From assembly GCF_004210375.1 (NCBI RefSeq), contig NC_134831.1:98889522-98953521 (forward strand): a stretch of DNA of 64,000 nucleotides, written 5' to 3'. Below, piece after piece: positions 24,536 to 39,420 of this stretch (position 1 is its first letter; the number at the start of each line of letters is the position of its first letter). The position numbers and the translations under genes are program-made. Below the pieces are notes generated by a model. The model worked only from the letters and a program-made list of their open reading frames with translations. It was not told the origin of the DNA and made no database searches. The DNA comes from Tachypleus tridentatus (taxonomy: Eukaryota).

Positions 24536-25273
24536 TAGATAACATGAAACAATGAGGACAAATTTAGAAGAAAGGTTTAAAAAGTTATATAAATAACATG
24601 AAACAGTGCAGACAAATTTAGAAGAAAGGTTTAAAAAGTTATATAGATAACATGAACAAGTGTGGACAAATTTAGAAGAAAGGTTTAAAAAGTTATATAG
24701 ATAACATGAACAAGTGTGGACAAATTTAGAAGAAAGGTTTAAAAAGTTATATAGATAACATGAACAAGTGTGGACAAATTTAGAAGAAAGGTTTAAAAAG
24801 TTATATAGATAACATAGTGCAGACAAATTTAGAAGAAAGGTTTAAAAAGTTATATAGATAACATAGTGCAGACAAATTTAGAAGAAAGGTTTAAAAAGTT
24901 ATATAGATAACATAGTGCAGACAAATTTAGAAGAAAGGTTTAAAAAGTTATATAGATAATATGAAACAGTGCAGACAAATTTAGAAGAAAGGTTTAAAAA
25001 GTTATATAGATAACATGAAACATTGCAGACAAATTTAGAAGAAAGGTTCAAAAAGTTATATAGATAACATGAAACATTGCAGACAAATTTAGAAGAAAGG
25101 TTCAAAAAGTTATATAGATAACATGAAACAGTGCGGACACATTTAGAAGAAAGGTTTAAAAAGTTATATAGATAACATGAAACAGTGCAGACAAATTTAG
25201 AATAAAGGTTTAAAAAGTTATATAGATAACATGAAACATTGCAGACAAATTTAGAAGAAAGGTTTAAAAAGTT
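24536..25273. repeat. Tandem minisatellite, about 54-bp unit (gataacatgaaacagtgcagacaaatttagaagaaaggtttaaaaagttatata), about 13 copies.
   Basis: Period 49 to 54 bp; some units lack gaaac. ORFs 24533..24826 and 24899..25105 are artefacts. Confidence 0.95.
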
Positions 25274-25530
25274 AAGATTTCATCAGTTTTTATAACATTG
25301 AAAATATCGTTGATAAACTGCATCTAAGATACAAATAAATAACCAAACCTAACAATACCTCCTGTTAAAAAATCCCTATATAATATATACATAACAACAA
25401 CATAATAAAGGCTACAATTTAAGTTGTATGATATATTTTATTGAACTGGAACAAGTCATTAGATAAACCATTACTTTTAAACCATGACTCTCAGAATGAG
25501 TTAAAGGTGAAAGAAAAGCCCTTCAGTGAG

Positions 25531-28519
25531 CACCCTATTATTATTTATTACTAAAAGTCTGGTTCACGGATCTCCACAGAAGCAGAGAGACATCCTATTA
25601 TTATTTATTACTAAAAGTCTGGTTCACGGATCTCCACAGAAGCAGAGAGATATCCTATTATTATTTATTACTAAAAGTCTGGTTCACGGATCTCCACAGA
25701 AGCAGAGAGATATCCTATTATTATTTATTACTAAAAGTCTGGTTCACGGATCTCCACAGAAGCAGAGAGATATCCTATTATTATTTATTACTAAAAGTCT
25801 GGTTCACGGATCTCCACAGAAGCAGAGAGATACCCTATTATTATTTATTACTAAAAGTCTGGTTCACGGATCTCCACAGAAGCAGAGAGATACCCTATTA
25901 TTATTTATTACTAAAAGTCTGGTTCACGGATCTCCACAGAAGCAGAGATACCCTATTATTATTTATTACTAAAAGTCTGGTTCACGGATCTCCACAGAAG
26001 CAGAGAGATATCCTATTATTATTTATTACTAAAAGTCTGGTTCACGGATCTCCACAGAAGCAGAGAGATACCCTATTATTATTTATTACTAAAAGTCTGG
26101 TTCACGGATCTCCACAGAAGCAGAGAGATACCCTATTATTATTTATTACTAAAAGTCTGGTTCACGGATCTCCACAGAAGCAGAGAGATATCCTATTATT
26201 ATTTATTACTAAAAGTCTGGTTCACGGATCTCCACAGAAGCAGAGAGATACCTATTATTATTTATTACTAAAAGTCTGGTTCACGGATCTCCACAGAAGC
26301 AGAGAGATATCCTATTATTATTTATTACTAAAAGTCTGGTTCATGGATCTCCACAGAAGCAGAGAGATATCCTATTATTATTTATTACTAAAAGTCTGGT
26401 TCACGGATCTCCACAGAAGCAGAGAGATATCCTATTATTATTTATTACTAAAAGTCTGGTTCACGGATCTCCACAGAAGCAGAGAGATATCCTATTATTA
26501 TTTATTACTAAAAGTCTGGTTCACGGATCTCCACAGAAGCAGAGAGATATCCTATTATTATTTATTACTAAAAGTCTGGTTCACGGATCTCCACAGAAGC
26601 AGAGAGATATCCTATTATTATTTATTACTAAAAGTCTGGTTCATGGATCTCCACAGAAGCAGAGAGATATCCTATTATTATTTATTACTAAAGAGTCTGG
26701 TTCACGGATCTCCACAGAAGCAGAGAGATATCCTATTATTATTTATTACTAAAAGTCTGGTTCACGGATCTCCACAGAAGCAGAGAGATATCCTATTATT
26801 ATTTATTACTAAAAGTCTGGTTCACGGATCTCCACAGAAGCAGAGAGATATCCTATTATTATTTATTACTAAAAGTCTGGTTCACGGATCTCCACAGAAG
26901 CAGAGAGATATCCTATTATTATTTATTACTAAAAGTCTGGTTCACGGATCTCCACAGAAGCAGAGAGATATCCTATTATTATTTATTACTAAAAGTCTGG
27001 TTCACGGATCTCCACAGAAGCAGAGATATCCTATTATTATTTATTACTAAAAGTCTGGTTCACGGATCTCCACAGAAGCAGAGAGATACCCTATTATTAT
27101 TTATTACTAAAAGTCTGGTTCACGGATCTCCACAGAAGCAGAGAGATACCTATTATTATTTATTACTAAAAGTCTGGTTCACAGATCTCCACAGAAGCAG
27201 AGAGATATCCTATTATTATTTATTACTAAAAGTCTGGTTCACGGATCTCCACAGAAGCAGAGAGATATCCTATTATTATTTATTACTAAAAGTCTGGTTC
27301 ACGGATCTCCACAGAAGCAGAGAGATACCCTATTATTATTTATTACTAAAAGTCTGGTTCACGGATCTCCACAGAAGCAGAGAGATATCCTATTATTATT
27401 TATTACTAAAATTTGGTTCACGGATCTCCACAGAAGCAGAGAGATACCCTATTATTATTTATTACTAAAAGTCTGGTTCACGGATCTCCACAGAAGCAGA
27501 GAGATACCCTATTATTATTTATTACTAAAGTCTGGTTCACGGATCTCCACAGAAGCAGAGAGATATCCTATTATTATTTATTACTAAAAGTCTGGTTCAC
27601 GGATCTCCACAGAAGCAGAGAGATATCCTATTATTATTTATTACTAAAAGTCTGGTTCACGGATCTCCACAGAAGCAGAGAGATATCCTATTATTATTTA
27701 TTACTAAAAGTCTGGTTCACGGATCTCCACAGAAGCAGAGAGATATCCTATTATTATTTATTACTAAAAGTCTGGTTCACGGATCTCCACAGAAGCAGAG
27801 AGATACCCTATTATTATTTATTACTAAAAGTCTGGTTCACGGATCTCCACAGAAGCAGAGAGATACCCTATTATTATTTATTACTAAAGTCTGGTTCACG
27901 GATCTCCACAGAAGCAGAGATATCCTATTATTATTTATTACTAAAAGTCTGGTTCACGGATCTCCACAGAAGCAGAGAGATATCCTATTATTATTTATTA
28001 CTAAAAGTCTGGTTCACGGATCTCCACAGAAGCAGAGAGATATCCTATTATTATTTATTACTAAAAGTCTGGTTCACGGATCTCCACAGAAGCAGAGAGA
28101 TATCCTATTATTATTTATTACTAAAAGTCTGGTTCACGGATCTCCACAGAAGCAGAGAGATATCCTATTATTATTTATTACTAAAAGTCTGGTTCACGGA
28201 TCTCCACAGAAGCAGAGAGATATCCTATTATTATTTATTACTAAAAGTCTGGTTCACGGATCTCCACAGAAGCAGAGATATCCTATTATTATTTATTACT
28301 AAAGTCTGGTTCACGGATCTCCACAGAAGCAGAGAGATATCCTATTATTATTTATTACTAAAAGTCTGGTTCACGGATCTCCACAGAAGCAGAGAGATAT
28401 CCTATTATTATTTATTACTAAAAGTCTGGTTCACGGATCTCCACAGAAGCAGAGAGATATCCTATTATTATTTATTACTAAAATTTGGTTCACGGATCTC
28501 CACAGAAGCAGAGAGATAA
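25531..28519. repeat. Tandem minisatellite, 60-bp unit (atcctattattatttattactaaaagtctggttcacggatctccacagaagcagagagat), about 50 copies.
   Basis: Period 60 bp with rare 1 to 2 bp indels. The three long + ORFs 25526..25972, 26343..27050 and 27413..28519 are translations of the repeat. Confidence 0.97.
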
Positions 28520-29285
28520 AAACTATAATTTACTTACTAATAAAATAAGCTAGTGTTAGAAAAAGGCCATAAAAAGTCTCTTGAAACATAAATGAGATTG
28601 CTGTGCATGTTAAAAAACAATACTAAATAGATTGTACAAAATAAGAAAATTATATCAACTACATTTTTTTTCATTATATGTAACAAATGTTTTAAATTTG
28701 CATTGAATAAGAACCGAAAAGAAAATAGTACTGTTGATAAAGCAAAGATTATTCATGTATATTTATTGTAGCTGGTATTTCACAGTTATGTTAATGTTCA
28801 TATTTTCTTACACTAAAAGTGTACTTCTATTAGGTACTCACCAAAAGACTATCTCAATCCTGGACTGCCCTCTACGCTTTGTTAAAATTTTTTTGCTAAG
28901 AGTACACCAGTTTTTTTATATTCCATCAGTTTTGTGCCATTTCATAATGTATGATGATCAAGTGACTTCTCTCCACCAATCACACTGTACCATGTATAAT
29001 AGTCCACCAATCACACTGTACCATGTATAATAGTACAACTAGTTCCCTCTACTATTCTAGAATAACCCTCACTCTCAAGAACTGGTAGGTTATGAACCAA
29101 AAACAACAGCATATCAGTGAGAAAGAAAGATAGGAAGAGGTAAGTACTTATCAAACATACAATTTTAATGCAAGAACATGTTAACTTCAAAATGGTTTCA
29201 CCTCTCCTAAAAACCCACATTGCAAAGAACAGATGTGCAAGAATATGAAAAGAATGCCAATCAAGAAAGTGAACACTGGTCTAAA

Positions 29286-30437
29286 ATAGTAGAGGGAGCT
29301 AGCACAGATGGTACAGTATTACTGGTGGAGAGTAGAGGGAGCTAGAACAGATGGTACAGTATTACTGGTGGAGAGTAGAGGGAGCTAGCACAGATGGTAC
29401 AGTATTACTGGTGGAGAGTAGAGGGAGCTAGCACAGATGGTACAGTATTACTGGTGGAGAGTAGAGGAGCTAGCACAGATGGTACAGTATTACTGGTGGA
29501 GAGTAGAGGGAGCAAGCACAGATGGTACAGTATTACTGGTGGAGAGTAGAGGAGATAGCACAGATGGTACAGTATTACTGGTGGAGAGTAGAGGAGATAG
29601 CACAGATGGTACAGTATTACTGGTGGAGAGTAGAGGAGCTAGCACAGATGGTACAGTATTACTGGTGGAGAGTAGAGGAGCTAGCACAGATGGTACAGTA
29701 TTACTGGTGGAGAGTAGAGGAGCTAACACAGATGGTACAGCATTACTGGTGGAGAGTAGAGGAGCTAGCACAGATGGTACAGTATTACTGGTGGAGAGTA
29801 GAGGAGCTAGCACAGATGGCACAGTATTACTGGTGGAGAGTAGAGGAGATACACAGATGGTACAGTATTACTGGTGGAGAGTAGAGGAGCTAGCACAGAT
29901 GGTACAGTATTACTGGTGGAGAGTAGAGGAGCTAGCACAGATGGTACAGTATTACTGGTGGAGAGTAGAGGAGCTAGCACAGATGGTACAGTATTACTGG
30001 TGGAGAGTAGAGGAGCTAGCACAGATGGTACAGCATTACTGGTGGAGAGTAGAGGAGCTAGCACAGATGGTACAGCATTACTGGTGGAGAGTAGAGGGAG
30101 CTAGCACAGATGGTACAGTATTACTGGTGGAGAGTAGAGGGAGCTAGCACAGATGGTACAGTATTACTGGTGGAGAGTAGAGGGAGCTAGCACAGATGGT
30201 ACAGTATTACTGGTGGAGAGTAGAGGGAGCTAGCACAGATGGTACAGCATTACTGGTGGAGAGTAGAGGGAGCTAGCACAGATGGTACAGTATTACTGGT
30301 GGGGAGTAGAGGGAGCTAGCACAGATGGTACAGTATTACTGGTGGAGAGTAGAGGGAGCTAGCACAGATGGTACAGTATTACTGGTGGAGAGTAGAGGGA
30401 GCTAGCACAGATGGTACAGTATTACTGGTGGAGAGTA
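29286..30437. repeat. Tandem minisatellite, 43-bp unit (gctagcacagatggtacagtattactggtggagagtagaggga), about 27 copies.
   Basis: Period 42 to 43 bp. Overlapping ORFs on both strands (29437..30147 and others) are artefacts. Confidence 0.97.
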
Positions 30438-31485
30438 GTTTAACAACATTTAGAGGACAGTCCAGTAATGAGATAGATATGGGTTAGAGGAGGTAAGAAC
30501 ATAACAGTGTAAATATTACAACACAGTAATCCTACATATGCAATAAATCTAAAAGTTAAAGCATTACAAACATTCTCCCCTCATTTCTTCTTGTGGTTTT
30601 ATGTACTAATAACCACTGTTTTATTATTTTATATAAAATCAGTATGACAAATTACAGTTTACTACAACAAAGCTTTACAGTAGAAAAGTGTTTGATAAAG
30701 TTTACAATTTTGTAGATTCTTCTGAGAAACGAAATTATTTGAACGTGAAAGGCAGCTTAATATTTTTATTTATAAGTTGTTAAAAGCCGAACAAAAAGAG
30801 GAGACAAAAAGTTACATAATGAGAAGTCATTTGTGAACACAAAAAATAGTGTTGAAAGGAAAGAACCAACTGAGCTTATGTCTGTAATTAGCCTCTTCTC
30901 TCAGTTACAATACAATTCTGTATTCTTTTATATGAACTTTAAAATAAAATAAACCAAAAAATGATTACACAAAAACAGTTAAGCCTATGAGAATATAAGA
31001 CAGTCAAAATAGAATGGGTTGTTTGTTTGTTTTGGCACAAAGATATATAACAGGTTATCCACACTCGAATTACCAAAGGGACTAACTGAATCCAGGTTTA
31101 AGCATTCTAAGTATAAAAACACTACCACTGACTCACTGAAGTACCAACAAAGATGAAGAGAAACACAAGTTACCTGAGAAGGAAGCTGACATAAAGACAT
31201 GTAAAGTTTACAACAATTAGTATCAATTAATTAACATTTTTATTTTTAAAACAATTTCTGGTTTGTTTAAACAAAAAGTTTCACTGTGCCAAAAACAACT
31301 AAAACCCTGTATCTTATCATTATATGTTGTTAAGCTTTTCACTAAGGCCCTGTCGGGACAATATTATGGAAGTCCTGTCAAGTAGTGATATTCAGAACTT
31401 TTACAACATCAATATTTGTGAAAGTTTTCAAAATTGAAGACAGGAAAACAGTGGACAAAAATAAGTTGTAAAGGGAGGAAACACT

Positions 31486-31928
31486 TAAAGTCCTGAGAAA
31501 CAGCACCAACAAACAATACAGTTGATTATTTTGTTAAAGTCCTGAGAAACAGCACAAACAAACAATACAGTTGACCATTTTGTTAAAGTCCTGAGAAACA
31601 GCACAAACAAACAATACAGTTGACTATTTTGTTAAAGTCCTGAGAAACAGCACAAACAAACAATACAGTTGATTATTTTGTTAAAGTCCTGAGAAACAGC
31701 ACAAACAAACAATACAGTTGATTATTTTGTTAAAGTCCTGAGAAACAGCACAAACAAACAATACGGTTGATTATTTTGTTAAAGTCCTGAGAAACAGCAC
31801 AAACAAACAATACGGTTGATTATTTTGTTAAAGTCCTGAGAAACAGCACAAACAAACAATACAGTTGATTATTTTGTTAAAGTCCTGAGAAACAGCACAA
31901 ACAAACAATACAGTTGATTATTTTGTTT
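31486..31928. repeat. Tandem minisatellite, 49-bp unit (ttgttaaagtcctgagaaacagcacaaacaaacaatacagttgattatt), about 9 copies.
   Basis: Period 49 bp. Confidence 0.95.
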
Positions 31929-32421
31929 TCTTAGGCTTATTTTGCAGCATTCAGTTAATTTAAAAACTTTCCTAAATCTACATCAACTAAGATGATTTCT
32001 ATAGGTTACATTGTCCAGTGTGTTAAGCTTTATAATAATGAACTTAATCCCAACTGTTCATACTACTGGCATTCAAAATATTCAGTTAGTACATAAACAA
32101 TTTAATTATTATAACGCTGTTTGAGGCTTTTACCAGTAAGTCCATGAGAATTTCACAAAAGATGTTTTTAACAAAACACTGTACTAAAAATTAGTAAAAC
32201 ACATTAGTGGTTATTTTTATGACAGTACAGTTGCTTTAGTACATTATATACTACAAATAGCGTAAAATGGGTCTATCTTTACTTATTTAATTAAAGTATT
32301 TAGAATAATTACAAAATGGATAAAATAATGTTTATATTTTAACTCAAACCTATGAAATTTCTTTCTTAATTCACTGATACACCAAAGATCTACTCAGAAC
32401 ACTGTTAATTAATGAGTTCAC

Positions 32422-32563
32422 CTTGTGAAAGTTATCAAAAGTTACACTAGCCACAGCACTCCTAATCCGTGAAGCTATAGCCTTACACAAGTCACCCACG
32501 AAATCTGGAACACTGAAGAGACTTGCAGCTGTTTCTGGGCTTTTGTTGTAAGTCTCAAAATGC
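32422..32563 (-). CDS. MVP: MVP exon i. Encodes (W)[47 protein letters not shown].
   Basis: Acceptor cccatttttcag|GCATTT and donor CACAAG|gtgaac. Matches human [48 protein letters not shown]. Confidence 0.9.
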
Positions 32564-33010
32564 CTGAAAAATGGGGAGAATAATCATGTATTTTACATTA
32601 ACCAAGTTTCACTTGTTTCTCAGAATGGCTGGTATGGGTATTTGCTTCAAATGTGTGGCACTGAATGTTAACAATTATTTTCAAGTTGCTACACACCTTG
32701 TTCTGCTACAACAACCTCATTATATTTTTTTTGCACATACTTTAACTACATGCATCAAAGAAGGTTTTCCAAAATTATCTTTCCTGTTTTAAAATACAAT
32801 AACTTACTAAGTAAGGAGATACAACCATCCAGTTTTCAACATCTTGTAGCCCAACTCCCAAGATTTTTATAGAAATGTCAGCAGATTAATACACATGCAC
32901 TCTTAGTGGCTCTCAGTCCACTTAACCGATATTCAGTATTAGTCCACATTCACTGCTACATGCCCACAGTTACAGTGGTAATGTTAACTATTATCTTGAT
33001 ATTTAGCTCC

Positions 33011-33288
33011 ACGATGCTAAAGTATCCTTAACATACCCCCATACTTCTTTCTTGTACTAGCATCTGTAATTACACAACACGATGCTACAGTATCCTTAAC
33101 ATACCCCCATACTTCTTTCTTGTATTAGCATCTGTAATTACACAGCATGATGCTACAGTATCCTTAACATAACCCCATATTTCTTTCTTGTACTAGCATC
33201 TGTAATTACACAGCACGATGCTACAGTATCCTTAACATATCTCCATACTTCTTTCTTGTATTAGCATCTGTAATTACACAGCACCATG
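33011..33288. repeat. Tandem repeat, about 67-bp unit (gatgctacagtatccttaacatacccccatacttctttcttgtactagcatctgtaattacacagcac), about 4 copies.
   Basis: Seen directly in the sequence. Confidence 0.9.
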
Positions 33289-33648
33289 TGGTCTCTGCAA
33301 ACCAAACGATGGATGCACTAAGCCTTTTCTTGTACGATTACAATTTACAAGTGACAGTACTCACTGGAGTGAAAAAAACACATGACAATAAAAACTGTTT
33401 TAGTTCAGTTACAGGATGTTGAAACCAGTATGATTGTATTTCTTTAGTCATTTAATTATTAAATTTTAAAATAGGAAAATACAGTAAACACTTACATGTA
33501 GGTAAAAGTAATATTTTCATCACGCAATCTCATAAAACAGACTTCCTGTTTTATTCCAAAAATCAATTAAATCGATTACTAGTCATGTATAATAATTTTA
33601 ATATAGCATGATATAATAATTAGAATTAGAATTGTTTAAGGAACTTAC

Positions 33649-33846
33649 CAATTATAAGCCAACTGCAGCTGAAGACGAGCATGGTCAGCTGTTTCAACAG
33701 AAATAATATCGGTGCAGAAATCTGGCCCAAGCAGCAGACAAAGAGAGTGGATAACATTTGGCCGTTTAGGCTTTCCCCCAGATAAGCTAAGCTGAGTGAA
33801 CTGTTCATCAGGCCCTAACATTACCAAGTCTGGCCCAAATATAACC
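33649..33846 (-). CDS. MVP: MVP exon h. Encodes (R)[65 protein letters not shown](W).
   Basis: Acceptor ttatctttag|GGTTAT and donor AATTG|gtaagt. Matches human [29 protein letters not shown]...[32 protein letters not shown]. Confidence 0.9.
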
Positions 33847-34525
33847 CTAAAGATAAGTCCATTCAAAATAATTTAGAATATTAAACTGCATAAATATTCA
33901 TTTAAATACAAAGTGGATGATAAAGTAAACTGTTGTGTATAAAAGTTGGTACAGTGGCAGTAAAAGCTGACCCTGTAGTTCTAGATTTTACAAGCTTTTG
34001 ACTAATTTGTAAAACTTTTCATCAGCAAAAATATTCTGTGAATAAAACTATCACAGTCATTACAGAAGTTTAATGTAGTTTACCAACTTTGATGAAATAT
34101 ACAAAACCAGCATCAGAAATTATTAATTAAACTATACATATCATTAATATCTTAAAGTTAAACTACATTTACTTAGTTTGATTTAGAGAATAATGGTCAG
34201 AAAATAATATTTAAATGAAATATCAGTTATATTTTCTACCTTTTCAGTTTTATAAATTTTTATTTTATATTTAATGTTCTATTTGCTAGCAAAGATGTGT
34301 TCAATGCAACTAATTATTTTTTTCTAAATGTTTCTTCAGTAGTACAGTATATTTGTTTCTGAATGTTCCTTACAGCTCTTAGATATAGTTGTGATATTCA
34401 TGTAAGAGCTAAATTACCAATGATATATAAATGCCATTTAAGATATTTAGCCCCTGCTTGTAGTAAGAAGTTACCCCTGACATATAATTTGTTTTTATAC
34501 TACACTGTCATTCAGACATTCTCAC

Positions 34526-34785
34526 CTGGCCTTCTTTTCCTTGTAATCAAACACTTGAACTGCAGCATTGTGGGGCACTCTTAATGTGACAACTTTGGTC
34601 TTGTCACGGACTTCAGGAGCACTTCTGGTTTTAGCCACAGCATTTGCTTGTTTGTTCCAATCACCTCTGTCAGCTAACAGATCACGATATCCACTTAAGA
34701 GTTCATCTACTACAGTCGGTAGTTCCTTGTTCCACAACTCTTCATCCTGGTTTAACATATAGGCCTCTCCACATACTAATCTCAC
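34526..34785 (-). CDS. MVP: MVP exon g. Encodes [86 protein letters not shown](R).
   Basis: Acceptor ccctccacag|GTGAGA and donor GGCCAG|gtgaga (phase 2). Matches human [30 protein letters not shown]...[24 protein letters not shown]. Confidence 0.9.
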
Positions 34786-34880
34786 CTGTGGAGGGAAATT
34801 ATAAACATGTAATATGTAAGCTTAGCAGAATTCATGCCATTTACTCTTTCATAGTCTCAGTATTGACAGGTCTCAACAAC

Positions 34881-35352
34881 TGCCACTAGAGACAGCTGAC
34901 AATCATTCCTGTATAGTAACTGCCACTAGAGGCAGATGACAATCATTCCTGTATAGTAACTGCCACTTGAGGCAGATGACAATCATTCCTATATAGTAAC
35001 TGCCACTAGAGGCAGATGACAATCATTCCTATATAGTAACTGCCACTAGAGGCAGATGACAATCATTCCTATATAGTAACTGCCACTTGAGAAAGATGAC
35101 AATCATTCCTGTATAGTAACTGCCACTTGAGGCAGATGACAATCATTCCTATATAGTAACTGCCACTAGAGGCAGATGACAATCATTCCTATATAGTAAC
35201 TGCCACTTGAGAAAGATGACAATCATTCCTATATAGTAACTGCCACTAGAGGCAGATGACAATCATTCCTATATAGTAACTGCCACTTGAGAAAGATGAC
35301 AATCATTCCTATATAGTAACTGCCACTTGAGAAAGATGACAATCATTCCTGT
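34881..35352. repeat. Tandem minisatellite, 40-bp unit (tgccactagaggcagatgacaatcattcctatatagtaac), about 12 copies. It sits about 95 bp upstream (in transcript sense) of the MVP exon g acceptor.
   Basis: Period 40 bp, with variants ctaga/cttga and ggcag/gaaag. Confidence 0.95.
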
Positions 35353-35512
35353 ACAAAGATTGCACTAGGAACAATAGATAATCATTCCTGTACAAAGATT
35401 GCACTAGGAACAATAGATAATCATTCCTGTACAAAGATTGCACTAGGAACAATAGATAATCATTCCTGTACAAAGATTGCACTAGGAACAATAGATAATC
35501 ATTCCTGTATAG
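35353..35512. repeat. Tandem repeat, 39-bp unit (gtacaaagattgcactaggaacaatagataatcattcct), 4 copies. The unit is related to the adjacent 40-bp family.
   Basis: Shares aatcattcctgta with the neighbouring array. Confidence 0.9.
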
Positions 35513-36149
35513 TAATTGTTATTATGGGCCATCATCAAACACTGCTAGTAATGATCCACAGTGATTCTTGTGGTTAGTGTCAACACTAAGATATTTGTAC
35601 ATACCAGATGGGGAATCCTATCCCCAGTAGAGTAATATTCCCCAAGTGTCTTCGATAAAGAGAAACAAAAATCCCTACATTTATTTTCTTATGTTGATCA
35701 CGATGTCTGCTGCAGACAAATATTAGAAATATACAGTTAGCCAATTATTAACACCTTAGTGACAGCAATGCCATGGGTAAATCCTGGTATAATTGCCATG
35801 GCTATGGATCATGAATATGTCATGGAATTCATTGGCTCAAAATACCCTTATGTTTCACTACTTGTATTTATTGATATGTCCATAGTAGAAAGACACTGGA
35901 AGTAAATATTTATCCAGTTATTACTGATTTTATAAGGTTAGGCACATCATTATTGTACAAAGGCACAGACACAGTTACCATAGCTGTAACCTTGAGTACG
36001 TTACAGGATATGTTTTCCTACATGTTTTTTACTCAAAACAACAAATGTACTTTTCAAAGAAATGTAACAGTCACTATTACAAATGGCTGCTTCAGTACTG
36101 CTTCAGAATTAAAGTGATGGTGATAAAAAGATTTATATCATCTTGAGTT

Positions 36150-37790
36150 ACAAAACATGGCATCTCAGTAAACACACCTATTTCCTTCTTTTAAAAGTAA
36201 AGATTTATGTGGTGACTTACAAAACATGGCATCTCAGTAAACACACCTATTTCCTTCTTTTAAAAGTAGAGATTTATGTGGTGACTTACAAAACATGGCA
36301 TCTCAGTAAACACACCTATTTCCTTCTTTTAAAAGTAAAGATTTATGTGGTGACTTACAAAACATGGCATCTCAGTAAACACACCTATTTCCTTCTTTTA
36401 AATGTAAAGATTTATGTGGTGACTTACAAAACATGGCATCTCAGTAAACACACCTATCTCCTTCTTTTAAAAGTAGAGATTTACGTGGTGACTTACAAAA
36501 CATGGCATCTCAGTAAACACACCTATCTCCTTCTTTTAAAAGTAGAGATTTACGTGGTGACTTACAAAACATGGCATCTCAGTAAACACACCTATCTCCT
36601 TCTTTTAAAAGTAGAGATTTACGTGGTGACTTACAAAACATGGCATCTCAGTAAACACACCTATCTCCTTCTTTTAAAGTAGAGATTTATGTGGTGACTT
36701 ACAAAACATGGCATCTCAGTAAACACACCTATCTCCTTCTTTTAAAAGTAGAGATTTACGTGGTGACTTACAAAACATGGCATCTCAGTAAACACACCTA
36801 TCTCCTTCTTTTTTAAAAGTAGAGATTTACGTGGTGACTTACAAAACATGGCATCTCAGTAAACACACCTATCTCCTTCTTTTAAAAGTAGAGATTTACG
36901 TGGTGACTTACAAAACATGGCATCTCAGTAAACACACCTATCTCCTTCTTTTAAAAGTAGAGATTTATGTGGTGACTTACAAAACATGGCATCTCAGTAA
37001 ACACACCTATCTCCTTCTTTTAAAAGTAGAGATTTACGTGGTGACTTACAAAACATGGCATCTCAGTAAACACACCTATCTCCTTCTTTTAAAAGTAGAG
37101 ATTTACGTGGTGACTTACAAAACATGGCATCTCAGTAAACACACCTATCTCCTTTTAAAAGTAGAGATTTATGTGGTGACTTACAAAACATGGCATCTCA
37201 GTAAACACACCTATCTCCTTCTTTTAAAAGTAGAGATTTACGGTGACTTACAAAACATGGCATCTCAGTAAACACACCTATCTCCTTCTTTTAAAAGTAG
37301 AGATTTACGTGGTGACTTACAAAACATGGCATCTCAGTAAACACACCTATCTCCTTCTTTTAAAGTAGAGATTTATGTGGTGACTTACAAAACATGGCAT
37401 CTCAGTAAACACACCTATCTCCTTCTTTTAAAAGTAGAGATTTACGTGGTGACTTACAAAACATGGCATCTCAGTAAACACACCTATCTCCTTTTAAAAG
37501 TAGAGATTTACGTGGTGACTTACAAAACATGGCATCTCAGTAAACACACCTATCTCCTTCTTTTAAAAGTAGAGATTTATGTGGTGACTTACAAAACATG
37601 GCATCTCAGTAAACACACCTATCTCCTTCTTTTAAAAGTAGAGATTTATGTGGTGACTTACAAAACATGGCATCTCAGTAAACACACCTATCTCCTTCTT
37701 TTAAAAGTAGAGATTTACGTGGTGACTTACAAAACATGGCATCTCAGTAAACACACCTATCTCCTTCTTTTAAAAGTAGAGATTTACGTG
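36150..37790. repeat. Tandem minisatellite, 66 to 69-bp unit (gtgacttacaaaacatggcatctcagtaaacacacctatYtccttcttttaaaagtaRagatttaYgtg), about 24 copies.
   Basis: Period about 67 bp. ORFs 36143..36682, 36831..37271 and 37377..37886 are artefacts. Confidence 0.97.
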
Positions 37791-38851
37791 GTTGCTCATA
37801 TTCATATACAATTAGAAACATTATGTTTTAATATACACACAAACGTTTCCTCTGCATTTTTAACAAAAACTTACTTATTTAAGTGACAGAAATAGAATAC
37901 AAAAATTAAAATGTTATACATTAAATTAAACTTCTGCTTAGTAACCATGAGTAAACAGTATAAATATCAACTGGAGTTAGATCCTTCATATTCACAAAAC
38001 TATAAATAATAACAGTCGTGATTTATAATGATACTTGTAGCATTATCCTAATCTATATAATTAACACTAGAATATTCACACTATAGCAAATTTAACATAA
38101 AAAACTTTCAACACTCAATGCTTGTTTCTTATCTCAAACAAACAGAATGTAATAATTTACCAACATTATTAAATAAATCCTAAAAAACTCAGAAATATTT
38201 ACATGTTTAAAGTATTAATGTTATTAATGGCTGGTTTAGTGTTTTATAGCACAAAGCAACTAGGCTATCTGCACCAAACATCCAGTAAAAAGTTAAAATT
38301 AAAATTATTAAAATTCATAAGAAGGAATCAAGGTAAAACAAAACAAAGTTTAATTTTGAATTAAAAACATAAATAACATTAACTCCAATTTTTACATCTA
38401 GCCTACAGCAATAAGAGAAAAACTACAGTAATAACAAGTTGTAAAGGACTTTCTGTAGCATAAATGTAACTATCATAACTTGCCAGGATGACTAACAAGT
38501 AGCTCAAACAGCAGAGTTAGTCACCTGAAGTTGGCCTTTCTTTCCAGTCCTGGTTTTGAGTTATTTGACATTACGGCCATTTTCTAATTTCAAATTGAAC
38601 TAGTGATACTTTAATTCTTAAAAAGGAATCACATTAAAAAGGTCTAATTTATAAATTAACAACTAAATTTAAAAGATTAATGGTCTTTAAAAAACTAAAA
38701 ACATTTGTAAGGTGGACAGTGTCACCATCATCAATGACACTATCTAACATCATGGAAAAACCTTGGGTAAAAACATATTTAAAATGGTGGTTATTAATGG
38801 ACCTTCCATGTTCTGACGAACATTGATATATAAAAACCTAATTATCAGCTG

Positions 38852-39108
38852 TTTGTATTCAATTTTGCACAAAGTTACTTAAAGAATATTTGCACTAGCC
38901 TTCCCTAATTTAGAACAGAAGAGGGAAGGCAACTAGTAAACACCACCTACTCTTGGACTACTATTTTACCAATGAACAGTGGGATTGACCATAACATTAC
39001 AAGGTCCCCACAGCTGAAATGACGAGCATTTGTGTGATAGAAATTCTAACCCACAAACTACAGAATGTGAGTCAAGTGCCCTAACCACCAAGCCAAGTAA
39101 CATTTTAA
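38852..39108 (-). mobile_element. tRNA-derived SINE copy F, diverged.
   Basis: The tail is ttttgcacaaagttac...cttccctaatttagaacagaagagggaaggcaactag and the body is ..ccaatgaacagtgggattgacc.. The head is degenerate. Confidence 0.65.
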
Positions 39109-39420
39109 GTATTATAAACTTCAGACTTTTTGCTGAATTACTGGAGAGTATGTTAAAAATAAGATAACCCATAATGATTTTGTGAATAGTAATATACATA
39201 TTCAAAAATATGTTGTGGCCAACTGATAAATTAGCAAGTTCTGATGTGCTGAATAGGTTACTGAATTAAAGCAGAATACAAGAAATAGTTCCAGGTGTTA
39301 CAAACTTCCCTAATGAGTGCTCAAGTGTAACACACTTTCCCAAGACGAGTCTAACTGACTCAGAATAAAAGTTGAAAAAGTAAACAAGTATATTTCTGTA
39401 AAAAACCTCCAGCGTTACTA